Below are positions 29,788 to 39,368 of a stretch of DNA of 64,000 nt, one piece after another. The DNA comes from an uncultured Gammaproteobacteria bacterium (GTDB taxonomy: Bacteria; Patescibacteriota; Patescibacteriia; UBA9570; JBBTWU01). Position numbers and translations under genes: made by a program. Where the stretch lies: contig CAYIMB010000002.1 of the NCBI GenBank assembly GCA_964364425.1, positions 17,436 through 81,435 of the forward strand, in the 5' to 3' direction. Each line of letters starts with the position of its first letter. Position 1 is the first letter of the stretch. Below the pieces are notes generated by a model that saw only the letters and a program-made list of their open reading frames with translations, was not told where the DNA came from and made no database searches.

Positions 29788-29886
29788 ACGTCCGCACCTT
29801 AGCCCATTTAGACCAGGAAAGTAAAAAGTCCCAGGTAGATTAATTTACACCTTGAATCCGACCAAAACGCATGGTACAGTCCAGCT

Positions 29887-30687
29887 ATGCCAGAAGGGAG
29901 AGATCCGCAAACTCAGGATTTGAAAGCGAAGGCTTTGGCCGAAGGTGTTTTTTGTTTGGTGGAAGAGTTGACCAGAAAAATAGCCCGCAATAGAAACACG
30001 GTGGCCCAGGATGGGCTAAGACAACAAACTGCGTTCCATTTAGAAAAAGTCCGGAAATATGCAATTGGTCCGGAGCGGGAGAAACTCAGCCCTGGAACAG
30101 CACGCCGCTTAACCGGGGAATACATGATGCGGGCTAACCAGTTGGAGGAAGCGTTGCTTGAGGCCGCAGTAGAAGAGAGTCCGGTGACTGGCAAGCTAGC
30201 TACACTCAAAGAAGCCTTCATGCCCATACCACGGAATAAGTTAGTTGAGTTCCAGTCACGGGTGTCCAGGCAGTTATCCAGGTTGCACGGCATAGATGAA
30301 GCCAGGGGAGAGGTGACAGATCCTGCTTTGACTATATTTTTTTATGCTGCAGCCATGAAATACTTGTCCATACCAAACTTTAACGGAGATGAATGGTACG
30401 GTGAAGTGATGAGTCAACGTGCACCCTTGCTGCGTAAGTTGGCTTTGCCGTTGGTGGCGCATGACATGCTTGAGCGGGCCGCTCAAGAACGGGCACGACC
30501 TATGCCCAACTCGGAAGTATTGGACAGCCACCACCACCGAGCAGTCAACGCCTTAGCTGAGCTGATTGAAGTGTGGGGCAAAGACATGCCGGCTGTGGCG
30601 GATAAATATCAGGCGGTGAAAGACACTCTTGACCAAGCACTCAGGAGTCTGACAGAATACTATCGTCAAGAAACCAGACTTCATTAG
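29887..30687 (+). CDS. Hypothetical protein
   Basis: ORF with typical codon usage. Confidence 0.45.
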   Translation: MPEGRDPQTQDLKAKALAEGVFCLVEELTRKIARNRNTVAQDGLRQQTAFHLEKVRKYAIGPEREKLSPGTARRLTGEYMMRANQLEEALLEAAVEESPVTGKLATLKEAFMPIPRNKLVEFQSRVSRQLSRLHGIDEARGEVTDPALTIFFYAAAMKYLSIPNFNGDEWYGEVMSQRAPLLRKLALPLVAHDMLERAAQERARPMPNSEVLDSHHHRAVNALAELIEVWGKDMPAVADKYQAVKDTLDQALRSLTEYYRQETRLH

Positions 30688-30688
30688 T

Positions 30689-30976
30689 ATGCCAAAATTA
30701 AAATTACCAGCAGATAATCTAGAACTTGATGTGCCAGAGGGCACTAACTTCCGTGAAGCCGTGCAAAACGGCGGCGGAACTATTTTGTTTGGCTGCGAAC
30801 AAGGGGTGTGCGGAACGTGTGTAGTCACGGTTGAAGAGGGGATTACGAATATTACGGATAAAACGGAACAAGAGGAACAGACATTACAAGTATTTTCAGC
30901 TGAAGACAATCAACGCCTGACGTGCCAATGCGCCATGAAAGGCCCGGGAGATGTGAGTATTCGGCCGGCACGCTAG
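30689..30976 (+). CDS. 2Fe-2S ferredoxin-like protein
   Basis: C....C..C...C pattern (CEQGVCGTC ... CQC). Confidence 0.55.
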   Translation: MPKLKLPADNLELDVPEGTNFREAVQNGGGTILFGCEQGVCGTCVVTVEEGITNITDKTEQEEQTLQVFSAEDNQRLTCQCAMKGPGDVSIRPAR

Positions 30977-30991
30977 GTGACTGCGTGAAGA

Positions 30992-31072
30992 AAGAGTGAC
31001 GGAAGCGGGGTCTGCGAAGCAGGGTGATTGAAGCTCCCGTATGAGCAGACCCCCGCTGAGTCACTATTTGGT
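30992..31072 (+). ncRNA. Candidate structured RNA/structured repeat, copy B (homologous to 3186-3268)
   Basis: See copy A. Lies between the ferredoxin stop and the TTGCAA-16-TATGTT box (31076-31103). Confidence 0.4.
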
Positions 31073-31111
31073 AATTTGCAAATCGGACTAAATGTGGTAT
31101 GTTCTTTGAGC

Positions 31112-32884
31112 ATGAAACCAAATCATTTGCGTTGGAAAATTGGCGGACAGGCCGGTTACGGCATCATGTCTATAGGTCAAACTATCAGCCGGGCGTTTAG
31201 CCGCGGCGGTTTTTTTGTGGTGGGGTATCCGGAGTATCCTTCCTTGATTCGTGGCGGACACAACACCACGGCCGTACGTATTTCTGAGGACCCAGTGTTT
31301 TCTGTTGACCACAAAGTTGAAGTCTTAGTTGCTTTAAATAAAGAAACAGTTGAGGTGGACTTACCCGAGGTGATTCCAGGTGGTGCAGTGATTTACGACC
31401 CAAGTGACTATACAGAAGATCCAATTAAATTACGTAGTGATGTGTTGTGGGTAGCTATACCAATGACGCAAATTGTGAAAGAACATACAGGTGAGCGCGT
31501 GATGCGGAATATGATTGCTACTGGTGCGACTATGGGTTTGGTGCACTACCCTTTTGAACGTTTGGAAACAGCTATTCGTGAAGGGTTTGCCAAAAAGGGT
31601 GAAGAAGTGATAGCTAAAAATGTGGAGATTGCCCGAATTGGATATGAGACCGCAAAGGAAAGTGCTATTGCCGGAAAATTTCCGTTGACCATGACGCCGG
31701 TTGAAAAGCCGCGGTCACATCTGTTCTTGGGTGGAAACTCTGCTATTGCTTTGGGTGCCTTGTCCGCTGGTGTGCAATTTGTGGCTGGGTACCCCATGAC
31801 ACCTTCTTCTTCTATTTTGATGGACATGGCCAAGGTAGAACAAAGGTATGGAGTGATTTTCAAACAAACTGAAGATGAGTTAGCTGCTATGAACATGATT
31901 TGTGGCGCCGCCTTTGCCGGTGCACGTGCCTTAACCGCCACAAGTGGTGGAGGTTTTAGTTTGATGGTAGAAGCGTTGGGTATGGCCGGCATTATGGAGT
32001 TACCGGTGGTGGTAGTGGAAGGACAACGGCCAGGACCATCAACTGGATTACCTACTTGGACGTCTCAAGGCGACTTACTGTTTGTTATTTCGGCCTCTCA
32101 GGGTGAGTCCCCACGCTTGGTCTTGGCCCCAGGTGATGTCAACGAATGTTACTATGAAACAGCTAAGGTATTTAACTTAGCTGACAAGTATCAGTTGCCG
32201 GTAATTCTGTTGATGGATAAACATATTGGTGAAACGTATGTGTCTGTTGAACCATTTGATCAAAATAAAGTACAGATTGAACGAGGACAACTGCTCAGTC
32301 CGGAACAGGCCTCCAAAATGATGCAGGACAAAGGCTGGACACAGTTTAAGCGGCATGAAGTCACGGATAGTGGAGTTTCTCCGCGGGTGATTCCGGGAAC
32401 ACCCGGTTCTCCGTATATCTGTTCTTCATATGAACATGATGAAACCGGTTGGACTACGGAAGAATCCGACAAAGTGAAAGCGCAATATGATAAACGCATG
32501 CGTAAACTGGAAGGTCTGTTACATGACATCCCGGGTCCAACATGGTTTGGTCCGGAAGATGCGCCACTCACTGTGGTGTGTTGGGGCTCTACTCGTACTG
32601 CGGCTTTGCAGGCTATGGAAGATTTAGCCGCTGATGGAATTATGCTGAATGTTCTTCATTTTACCTACCTCTTTCCGTTTAAAGCCGCGGAAACTATTAC
32701 TGCGCTACAGAAAACCCAGCAGGTGCTAAATGTGGAAGGAAACGCCACGGCGCAATTTGCACAACTCGTACGGACACACACCGGTATAGAATTTGAACAG
32801 CATTTGCTGAAATATGATGGTCGGCCGTTTTTTCCTGAGGATATAGTAAACAAGGTGAAAGACTTGTTGATTAAATCGAAATAA
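31112..32884 (+). CDS. korA: 2-oxoacid:ferredoxin oxidoreductase alpha subunit (fused gamma-alpha)
   Basis: Homology. ATG 31112 preferred because the 31028 start overlaps the structured element. Confidence 0.8.
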   Translation: MKPNHLRWKIGGQAGYGIMSIGQTISRAFSRGGFFVVGYPEYPSLIRGGHNTTAVRISEDPVFSVDHKVEVLVALNKETVEVDLPEVIPGGAVIYDPSDYTEDPIKLRSDVLWVAIPMTQIVKEHTGERVMRNMIATGATMGLVHYPFERLETAIREGFAKKGEEVIAKNVEIARIGYETAKESAIAGKFPLTMTPVEKPRSHLFLGGNSAIALGALSAGVQFVAGYPMTPSSSILMDMAKVEQRYGVIFKQTEDELAAMNMICGAAFAGARALTATSGGGFSLMVEALGMAGIMELPVVVVEGQRPGPSTGLPTWTSQGDLLFVISASQGESPRLVLAPGDVNECYYETAKVFNLADKYQLPVILLMDKHIGETYVSVEPFDQNKVQIERGQLLSPEQASKMMQDKGWTQFKRHEVTDSGVSPRVIPGTPGSPYICSSYEHDETGWTTEESDKVKAQYDKRMRKLEGLLHDIPGPTWFGPEDAPLTVVCWGSTRTAALQAMEDLAADGIMLNVLHFTYLFPFKAAETITALQKTQQVLNVEGNATAQFAQLVRTHTGIEFEQHLLKYDGRPFFPEDIVNKVKDLLIKSK

Positions 32885-32891
32885 AACAGAT

Positions 32892-33749
32892 ATGAAACCT
32901 TTAGATTACAACCAATCAGAACATGAGATCCAGTGGTGCCCGGGGTGCGGGGATTTTGGAATTTTGCTTGCGGCCAAAAATGCGTATGCCAATCTAGGCT
33001 TGAAACCGGAAAATATTGTGATGGTTTCAGGCATTGGATGTTCTGGAAAAATTCCACACTATGTGAAGACGTATGGGTTTGAGGGATTGCATGGGCGCGC
33101 TCTCCCGCCGGCGCAGGCCATAAAGTTGGTGAATAATGAATTAGAGGTTGTAGTGTTTGCCGGAGATGGTGATGGCTATGGTATTGGCATGGGGCACTTC
33201 ATCCACTCTATGCGCCGGAATATGGATATGTTGTACGTGGTGCATAACAACCAAGTGTATGGATTAACTAAGGGGCAAGCTTCGCCAACCACAGAAGTTG
33301 GCGCCAAAACAAGCTCTACGCCAAAAGGAGTGATTGAAGCACCTATCAATCCATTGCTCTTGGCTCTCTCCAGTAATGCCACCTGGATTGGTCGGGGATT
33401 TGCCGGAGACATTAAACACCTCACGTCTTTGATTGAGCAGGGGATTGCGCATAAAGGCTTTGCCTTGCTGGATGTGTTTCAGCCCTGTGTCACGTATAAC
33501 AAAATAAACACTTTCCAGTTTTTTCAACAGCGGGTGTATAAATTAGAGGAAGAGAAAGCATACGACCCAACCAACAAGTTGATGGCGTTTGAACGTATGC
33601 AGGAATGGGGAGAGAAAATACCAATTGGTGTCTTGTATAAAGAAGACAGACCTACGTATGAAGACCAGTTACCTCAACTCGCAAGCGGTCCCCTGATCAA
33701 ACAAAATCCAAAACGTGATATTTCTGAACTACTAAAAGCCTTTGCTTAA
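32892..33749 (+). CDS. korB: 2-oxoacid:ferredoxin oxidoreductase beta subunit (TPP-binding)
   Basis: CPGCGDF and GDGD..G.G motifs. Confidence 0.85.
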   Translation: MKPLDYNQSEHEIQWCPGCGDFGILLAAKNAYANLGLKPENIVMVSGIGCSGKIPHYVKTYGFEGLHGRALPPAQAIKLVNNELEVVVFAGDGDGYGIGMGHFIHSMRRNMDMLYVVHNNQVYGLTKGQASPTTEVGAKTSSTPKGVIEAPINPLLLALSSNATWIGRGFAGDIKHLTSLIEQGIAHKGFALLDVFQPCVTYNKINTFQFFQQRVYKLEEEKAYDPTNKLMAFERMQEWGEKIPIGVLYKEDRPTYEDQLPQLASGPLIKQNPKRDISELLKAFA

Positions 33750-33753
33750 ACAT

Positions 33754-35010
33754 ATGGCTGGTGGACAAGAAAGAACCATTCCTATGCCAAAAAAGTCGGC
33801 AACAAGCTCCGGTGAACAGGCGGTCATGCCAGTTATACGGAAGCCGTCACCACCGCCTGAACCATCACCCAGTCCGCGGAGTATAGAAGCAAGAAGGCAA
33901 ATGACCTCAGAAGAAGTGGAGGCGCTCAATCTGTTTGTGTCACGCTTAACGGAAAGTTCTGCAGCTGTTGAATCTGTGCGTGATCAAAGACGTTTGTTAT
34001 TTGATATAGGCAACGAATTAAAACGGCTAAAACCTGATAGCGCACAAGCTGCGGAGGCGTTGACGCAGATGAAAGGATTTCAAATCGAACTAGGTGGTCA
34101 TATGTATGTGGTTGAAGAATATTTGACCCGAGGCGCATTTGGAGCGACCTTTGTGGTGAGTGACTCTACAACGCAAGAAAAAGATGTGTTGAAGCTGTCA
34201 TTACCGTTTGACCGGACAGAAATGTTCGTTAAACCAGGCGCTTCTGTTAGAGATGTCCAGAAGGCTGAGGGGGTTCGTAATACCATTATGGAAGCCGCAG
34301 CCTTATCTCGTTTGTCACAGTATGACGTTCCTCCAGGTAAACCCAGACAGTGGCTTGAGCGCAAAGGCCCATTTCCTCCTTTTCCACTATTGAAGGCCGC
34401 TCAGTTTATTCCTCATCCGGATGATCCAGACAGAAGGAATCCAAGTCTACGGATTCAAGCCTTAGTGATGGAACGGATTGAAGGCAAAAGGTTGGATCAG
34501 TTTGTCCAACGACAGAATTTGGCCGCAGATGCTGAAGTCTTGAAACGGTTTGTGCGTGAGTTGCTGCAAGCTCTTCAGTATCTGCACCGCAGAGGAATTT
34601 TCCATAGTGACCTCAAACTTTCCAACATTATGGTAGATCAAGACTTGCACCCATATTTGATTGATTTTGGTTCAGCTACAGTGGCGGTTATAGAGGCTAA
34701 ACAACGTAAAAGCGGAACTGGAAAAGTCGTCTACGGTATAGTTGACAACATCTTTGCATCCAAAGACTACACTACCGGTTTTGAATACCCTTCAGCCCCA
34801 AGAGATGTGTATGCCTTAGGCGTGACTTTGAGAAAGATTATCCAAGGAAATCGTCTGAGAAGAAAGACGGATGAGTCTGAAAAAAGACACACAATTATAC
34901 CTTTGGTGGCTCAGCGGATAGGTGAAATGGCTGAGTTGATGGTGAAAACTGACCCAGCTGAACGTCCTACCATTGGGCAGCTGTTGAAGCAGCTTGAGTC
35001 TCTTGATTGA
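33754..35010 (+). CDS. Ser/Thr protein kinase-like protein
   Basis: HSDLKLSN catalytic loop and DFG. Confidence 0.65.
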   Translation: MAGGQERTIPMPKKSATSSGEQAVMPVIRKPSPPPEPSPSPRSIEARRQMTSEEVEALNLFVSRLTESSAAVESVRDQRRLLFDIGNELKRLKPDSAQAAEALTQMKGFQIELGGHMYVVEEYLTRGAFGATFVVSDSTTQEKDVLKLSLPFDRTEMFVKPGASVRDVQKAEGVRNTIMEAAALSRLSQYDVPPGKPRQWLERKGPFPPFPLLKAAQFIPHPDDPDRRNPSLRIQALVMERIEGKRLDQFVQRQNLAADAEVLKRFVRELLQALQYLHRRGIFHSDLKLSNIMVDQDLHPYLIDFGSATVAVIEAKQRKSGTGKVVYGIVDNIFASKDYTTGFEYPSAPRDVYALGVTLRKIIQGNRLRRKTDESEKRHTIIPLVAQRIGEMAELMVKTDPAERPTIGQLLKQLESLD

Positions 35011-35166
35011 TGTACGCCCGTTGCCTTTTTCTGGTATACTAAAGTGGTATGAAAGTAGTGCAACTGACGGTATGGCGCATAGCAAAACTAGCTACAGGAA
35101 CCATTCTGGGCATGGTTATCTTTGCCATTTTGCTACTCATTGGATTTGTCGTCTGGACTTTGTAGT

Positions 35167-37761
35167 ATGGAAAAGCTGACAGGCTTAACGCAGGCTGAGG
35201 CTGAGGGCAGGTTGTTGACGTATGGAAGGAACCGGCTGCCGGAAGAAAAAAAGGATCACTGGTGGTTGATTTTGTTGCGCCAGATCAACAGCGCCATGGT
35301 GTACGTATTGTTAGTGGCTTCAGTCGTGTCATTTGCCTTGGGGGATACGGTTGACGCCGGAGTGATCTTAGCTGCGGTGATTCTGAATGTGGGCGTGGGT
35401 TTTGCTCAGGAGTTTAAGGCTGAGCAGTCTTTGAATCGCCTGAAGACCCTGGTGGCAAAGATGGCCTTGGTGCTCAGACAGGGTAAGGAGAAATTGGTTA
35501 TTGCAGAAGAAATTGTTCCGGGGGATGTGTTGTTGCTCCGGGCTGGTGACCACGTGTCGGCTGATGCGCAGGTGATGTGGGCTGAGGCTTTTGAAGTTTT
35601 GGAGTCAGCGCTCACCGGTGAGTCTGAAGCCGTAGAAAAAAATACCAACCCAGTGGCTGAGACTGCCCCCCTGGGTGATAGGACCAATATGCTGTTTGCC
35701 GGCACAAGCGTAGTGAATGGACAGGGGAGGGCGCTAGTTACGGCTACGGGCGCTCAGACTGAACTAGGTAAGATTGCCAGCGCTTTACGTGAAACTTCTG
35801 AACGTCCAACTCCGTTGCAAAAACAGTTAAATCGATTTTCCCGCTTCTTGGCCGCCGTGATTGGGTTGTTAACCCTAGTTTTGTTTATTGTTGGCATAGT
35901 GGTTGGCCGGCCGTTGATAGAAACATTTACTTTAGCCGTAGCTATTGCCGTCAGCGCTTTGCCTGAAGGGTTGATTATAGGAGTCACGGTTATTTTAGCC
36001 ATAGGCATGAAGCGTATCTTGCAACACAAGGGCTTGGTACGCCGACTAGCTTCAGCTGAGACGCTTGGTTCCGTGACCGTGATTTGTACAGATAAAACCG
36101 GAACATTGACTGAAGGGAAAATGCGCGTAGACCATTGGGTTACTTGGGATCATGCCCTAAAGTTTCACCGTGAACATCCGGAGAAAGAGCTAGCTGAACT
36201 GTTCATGGTTATCACCATTGGTTTGCTCAATAATGATGCCAAGGTATTAAACCCTGAAGAAGAAGCGGAACATTGGGAAATTACTGGTAACTTAACTGAG
36301 CGGGCGTTATTGTTTGCCGGAGCAACGCTTGGGCTAGATCACCAGAAATTACAGGAGGAACATCCACGCGTGCATGCCGTCCCGTTCAACTCCACCAGTA
36401 AAATTATGGCTACGCTCCATACTACACCGGAGCATAAACGGAAGTTGTACGTCAAAGGAGCGCCGGAGCGAGTGTTGGACATGTGCAGCAATATCTATGT
36501 GAATGGAAAGTCAGTGGTGATGACCAAACAGCATAGAACACGTTTGACGGAAGATTTTTCCAACATGAGCATGCAAGGGTTGCGCGTGTTGGCCTTGGCT
36601 TATGCAGACCTACCTAAATCCGTTGAAAAGGTCACAGATGAAACTTTTGCTGATTTGGTGTTTGCCGGATTTTTAGGCATTAAAGACGGCTTACGTCCAG
36701 AAGCAAAATCCGCTCTGCAAGCGTGTGAAAAAGCTGGAATTACAGTCAAAATGATCACCGGAGACCACAGACTCACCGCTCAGGCCATAGCCCAAGAGCT
36801 AGGACTTCCCGCCGGCCAATCCCAGATCATTGACGGGGCTGAACTGGCTCAACTGAGTGAACCAAATTTGGTCAAACGAATTTTAGGTATTTCAGTCTTT
36901 GCCCGCGTCTCTCCGCAAGATAAGTTTCGGATTGTGAAAGCTTTGCAAAAGGCCGGCCAGGTGGTGGCCATGACCGGTGATGGCGTGAATGACGCTCCGG
37001 CGCTGAAAGCTTCTGATATAGGCGTGGCCTTGGGCAGCGGAACGGACGTAGCTAAAGATGCGGCTGATTTGATTATTTTGGATGATAATTTTCAAACTAT
37101 TGTCACCGCCGTCAGAGAAGGTCGGGTGATTTTTGATAACATCAAAAAGTCAGTCTTATATTTGGTCTCAGCTTCCTTTAGTGAAATTGTATTAGTCGCT
37201 TTGTCTATTCTGGTTGGACTTCCAGTCCCTTTAACAGCGGTTCAAATTTTATGGATTAACTTGGTGACGGATACCTTCCCTAATTTAGCCCTGACTCAAG
37301 AACCGCAGGAAAGCCAAGTCATGAATGAACCACCTCGTTCACCCAAAACTCGGATTGTGAACAAAGACTTAGCCAAAATGACTGCCCTTGTCTCCGGTGT
37401 GAGTGGTTTATCCTGCCTAGGTCTGTTTGTGCTGGCACTGTATAGTAGTGATTCAACTGATTACGCCCGCACCATTACCTTCGCTGCATTAAGTCTGGAA
37501 TCTTTACTCTTTGCGTTTTCCGTGAAGTCGCTCAGACTGCCCATTTGGAAATCGTCCTTTTTTAATAATAAGAGCCTACTGCTAGCTGTCGGTGTGGGCG
37601 TTCTCATTATTGTTTTGGCCACCACACTTGTTCCGTTGCAACGCATCCTGCATACTACCTCCATAGGAGCAGTGGAATGGGGGATGATTGCGGGTATTTC
37701 AATTCTAGCCCTAGGTTTAATAGAGGCACTCAAAATGATTTTTATTAAAAGACGCACATGA
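35167..37761 (+). CDS. Cation-transporting P-type ATPase (P2-type, Ca/Mg-like)
   Basis: CTDKTGTLT and MTGDGVNDAPAL. ATG 35167. Confidence 0.85.
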   Translation: MEKLTGLTQAEAEGRLLTYGRNRLPEEKKDHWWLILLRQINSAMVYVLLVASVVSFALGDTVDAGVILAAVILNVGVGFAQEFKAEQSLNRLKTLVAKMALVLRQGKEKLVIAEEIVPGDVLLLRAGDHVSADAQVMWAEAFEVLESALTGESEAVEKNTNPVAETAPLGDRTNMLFAGTSVVNGQGRALVTATGAQTELGKIASALRETSERPTPLQKQLNRFSRFLAAVIGLLTLVLFIVGIVVGRPLIETFTLAVAIAVSALPEGLIIGVTVILAIGMKRILQHKGLVRRLASAETLGSVTVICTDKTGTLTEGKMRVDHWVTWDHALKFHREHPEKELAELFMVITIGLLNNDAKVLNPEEEAEHWEITGNLTERALLFAGATLGLDHQKLQEEHPRVHAVPFNSTSKIMATLHTTPEHKRKLYVKGAPERVLDMCSNIYVNGKSVVMTKQHRTRLTEDFSNMSMQGLRVLALAYADLPKSVEKVTDETFADLVFAGFLGIKDGLRPEAKSALQACEKAGITVKMITGDHRLTAQAIAQELGLPAGQSQIIDGAELAQLSEPNLVKRILGISVFARVSPQDKFRIVKALQKAGQVVAMTGDGVNDAPALKASDIGVALGSGTDVAKDAADLIILDDNFQTIVTAVREGRVIFDNIKKSVLYLVSASFSEIVLVALSILVGLPVPLTAVQILWINLVTDTFPNLALTQEPQESQVMNEPPRSPKTRIVNKDLAKMTALVSGVSGLSCLGLFVLALYSSDSTDYARTITFAALSLESLLFAFSVKSLRLPIWKSSFFNNKSLLLAVGVGVLIIVLATTLVPLQRILHTTSIGAVEWGMIAGISILALGLIEALKMIFIKRRT

Positions 37762-38483
37762 CTCCGGAACAATTAATCAAAATGAAGACCCAGCTGCAAA
37801 CTGAAGTGGAAGAATGGGAGAAAAAGTTGCATGGGGTGATTCAAAAACAAAAAGAAGAAAAGCATGCGGAGAAGTTGGCACAGCTCATTTTACAGTATGA
37901 TCAGATTGAGCGAGAGATTGAAGACCGCTCGCATGTGTTTTCTGTGTTGAGTCAGCCGGAAGAGGCGCTGAATAGTCCTTACATAAAATCAGAATGGTAT
38001 TCATATATTGAAGCGGCGGAAACTGCTTCCCCAGAATTAGTGGATGCGGTGATGGACAGATTTGCCGTGGCCATCCGCCAAAGCATCACGTCTGGTGAAG
38101 ATGACACAGTCGATTTGATTCAGGCGGAGTATAAAGAATATTTGTTTCTAGGGCAGATTTTGTCCGGTCACTTTGAACGTGTGGATGGTCTGGTGATGGA
38201 GATGAATGCGGCTATTCTGAAGTTAGATCCGGCCTATGATGCTAAGCAATCTTCCGCTGCCGTGTTTTACGCTTTTCAAAAAGCTATTGATTCAAATGTA
38301 CGCATAGAACCTATTGCCGAAGCGGTGAAAGCGGGCACAGTGAAAAATTTGACGGTTGATCAGCGTAACCAACTTCTAGATAAATTAGAAGAACGAGCTG
38401 CGGTATTACGTTTTGAAATTACACGAAAACAAAACGTGGCTATGGAAAAGGCTGTGGAAAGATTAGAGAGCCAAGAGAAGTAA
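37758..38483 (+). CDS. Hypothetical coiled-coil protein
   Basis: ORF. Confidence 0.45.
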   Translation: MTPEQLIKMKTQLQTEVEEWEKKLHGVIQKQKEEKHAEKLAQLILQYDQIEREIEDRSHVFSVLSQPEEALNSPYIKSEWYSYIEAAETASPELVDAVMDRFAVAIRQSITSGEDDTVDLIQAEYKEYLFLGQILSGHFERVDGLVMEMNAAILKLDPAYDAKQSSAAVFYAFQKAIDSNVRIEPIAEAVKAGTVKNLTVDQRNQLLDKLEERAAVLRFEITRKQNVAMEKAVERLESQEK

Positions 38484-38646
38484 CATTTTAATACCAAGCT
38501 ACCTGTACACGCCCTTGCTTTTTTCCCTAAAAATAGAGTATATTTCTGTGTTCCCAAAGCCCTTTTGTTTGATGTAGCCATAAGTGCAGGATTAAAGTTA
38601 ATTTCCTGCCTTTCTGGCTACACCCATCACAAAAAGGAGGTGAGCG

Positions 38647-39093
38647 ATGCTGGCGACTGCACTGCCAACTGTGACCCTGAAGCCCCCCGCGGGTTTCGTC
38701 CACGATCAGCGTTCCCAGGGCTGGGAGCTCCTAGAAGAAGGCCCGAAGGTCGAAGGAGAGCCCATCCTGGACTTTCTAGGCTTCCTGCGGGAAGGCGAGA
38801 CCTACATCAACGGTGAGACCGTCCTTGCCCGCGCCCTCGAGATGGAAGGGACCGAGAGCGGTCAGCACCACCTCGAGCGGCTGCTCGCCCAGGCCGCCAG
38901 CATCCCCGCGGAGCTGCGCTCGTTCTACCTCGTCGCCACCGGCACCAAGTGGCGGTACCCCGACGGTTACGTGTGCGTCCCGTACCTGCGCTTCGTCGGC
39001 GGCCAGTGGGTCCTGCTCTTCTACGGGGTCGGCAACGACCGCTGGAGCGTCGGCGATCGGGTCGTCCGCGTCTGCAAGCAGCCTGGGTCCTAG
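38647..39093 (+). CDS. GC-rich small protein, cassette copy A (paralog of 50966-51400)
   Basis: Aligns along its whole length with copy B (…GW.L…GEP.L.F..FL..GET…MEG…H.ER.L…IP.ELR.FYLV..GT.WR…VP.L…). Consensus SD AAGGAGGTG. Confidence 0.6.
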   Translation: MLATALPTVTLKPPAGFVHDQRSQGWELLEEGPKVEGEPILDFLGFLREGETYINGETVLARALEMEGTESGQHHLERLLAQAASIPAELRSFYLVATGTKWRYPDGYVCVPYLRFVGGQWVLLFYGVGNDRWSVGDRVVRVCKQPGS

Positions 39094-39176
39094 GGTCTTC
39101 GGAGCCATGGAACTTTTGTTCCCTTTGGCTGCACGGGTCCCTTGGGTCCGTTCCGGCCGTTTTGCACATTCAACGC

Positions 39177-39244
39177 CCCTGTTTCGGAGGAACCTCTCCT
39201 GCGAGGTTCTTCTGGACAGGGGTGTTGTGTTTTCAGGGGGGCTT
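39177..39244 (+). terminator. Hairpin CCCCTGT...ACAGGGG + TGTTGTGTTTT in the conserved 3' tail of cassette A
   Basis: Tail 39094-39260 is homologous to 51401-51560. Confidence 0.45.
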
Positions 39245-39298
39245 TGCTACTTGGTGCAACAGACTGGTGGTGATACTGATGGGGAATCCCGCCTTGGT

Positions 39299-39308
39299 AA
39301 ATCGATTT
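39299..39308. repeat. AAATCGATTT palindrome (TAAATCGATTTA) between cassette A and asnS
   Basis: Exact palindrome. Confidence 0.9.
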
Positions 39309-39368
39309 ACAAGTAAGGAAACGGCTTTAACTAGACAAACTACGGCAAAATAGGCAGAATATGCAGGT

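Noticed and set aside
35828-35837. AAATCGATTT palindrome inside the P-type ATPase CDS
   Set aside because: Single in-frame coding occurrence (…QLNRFSRF…). Not at a junction. Treated as chance and kept as the control for intergenic enrichment.
38565-39353. ORFs 38565-38816, 38776-39108(-), 38807-39169(-), 38813-39316(+) and 38949-39353(+)
   Set aside because: Wrong-frame products over GC-rich cassette A (Arg/Pro/Gly-rich). The 38647-39093 frame has the conserved paralog.
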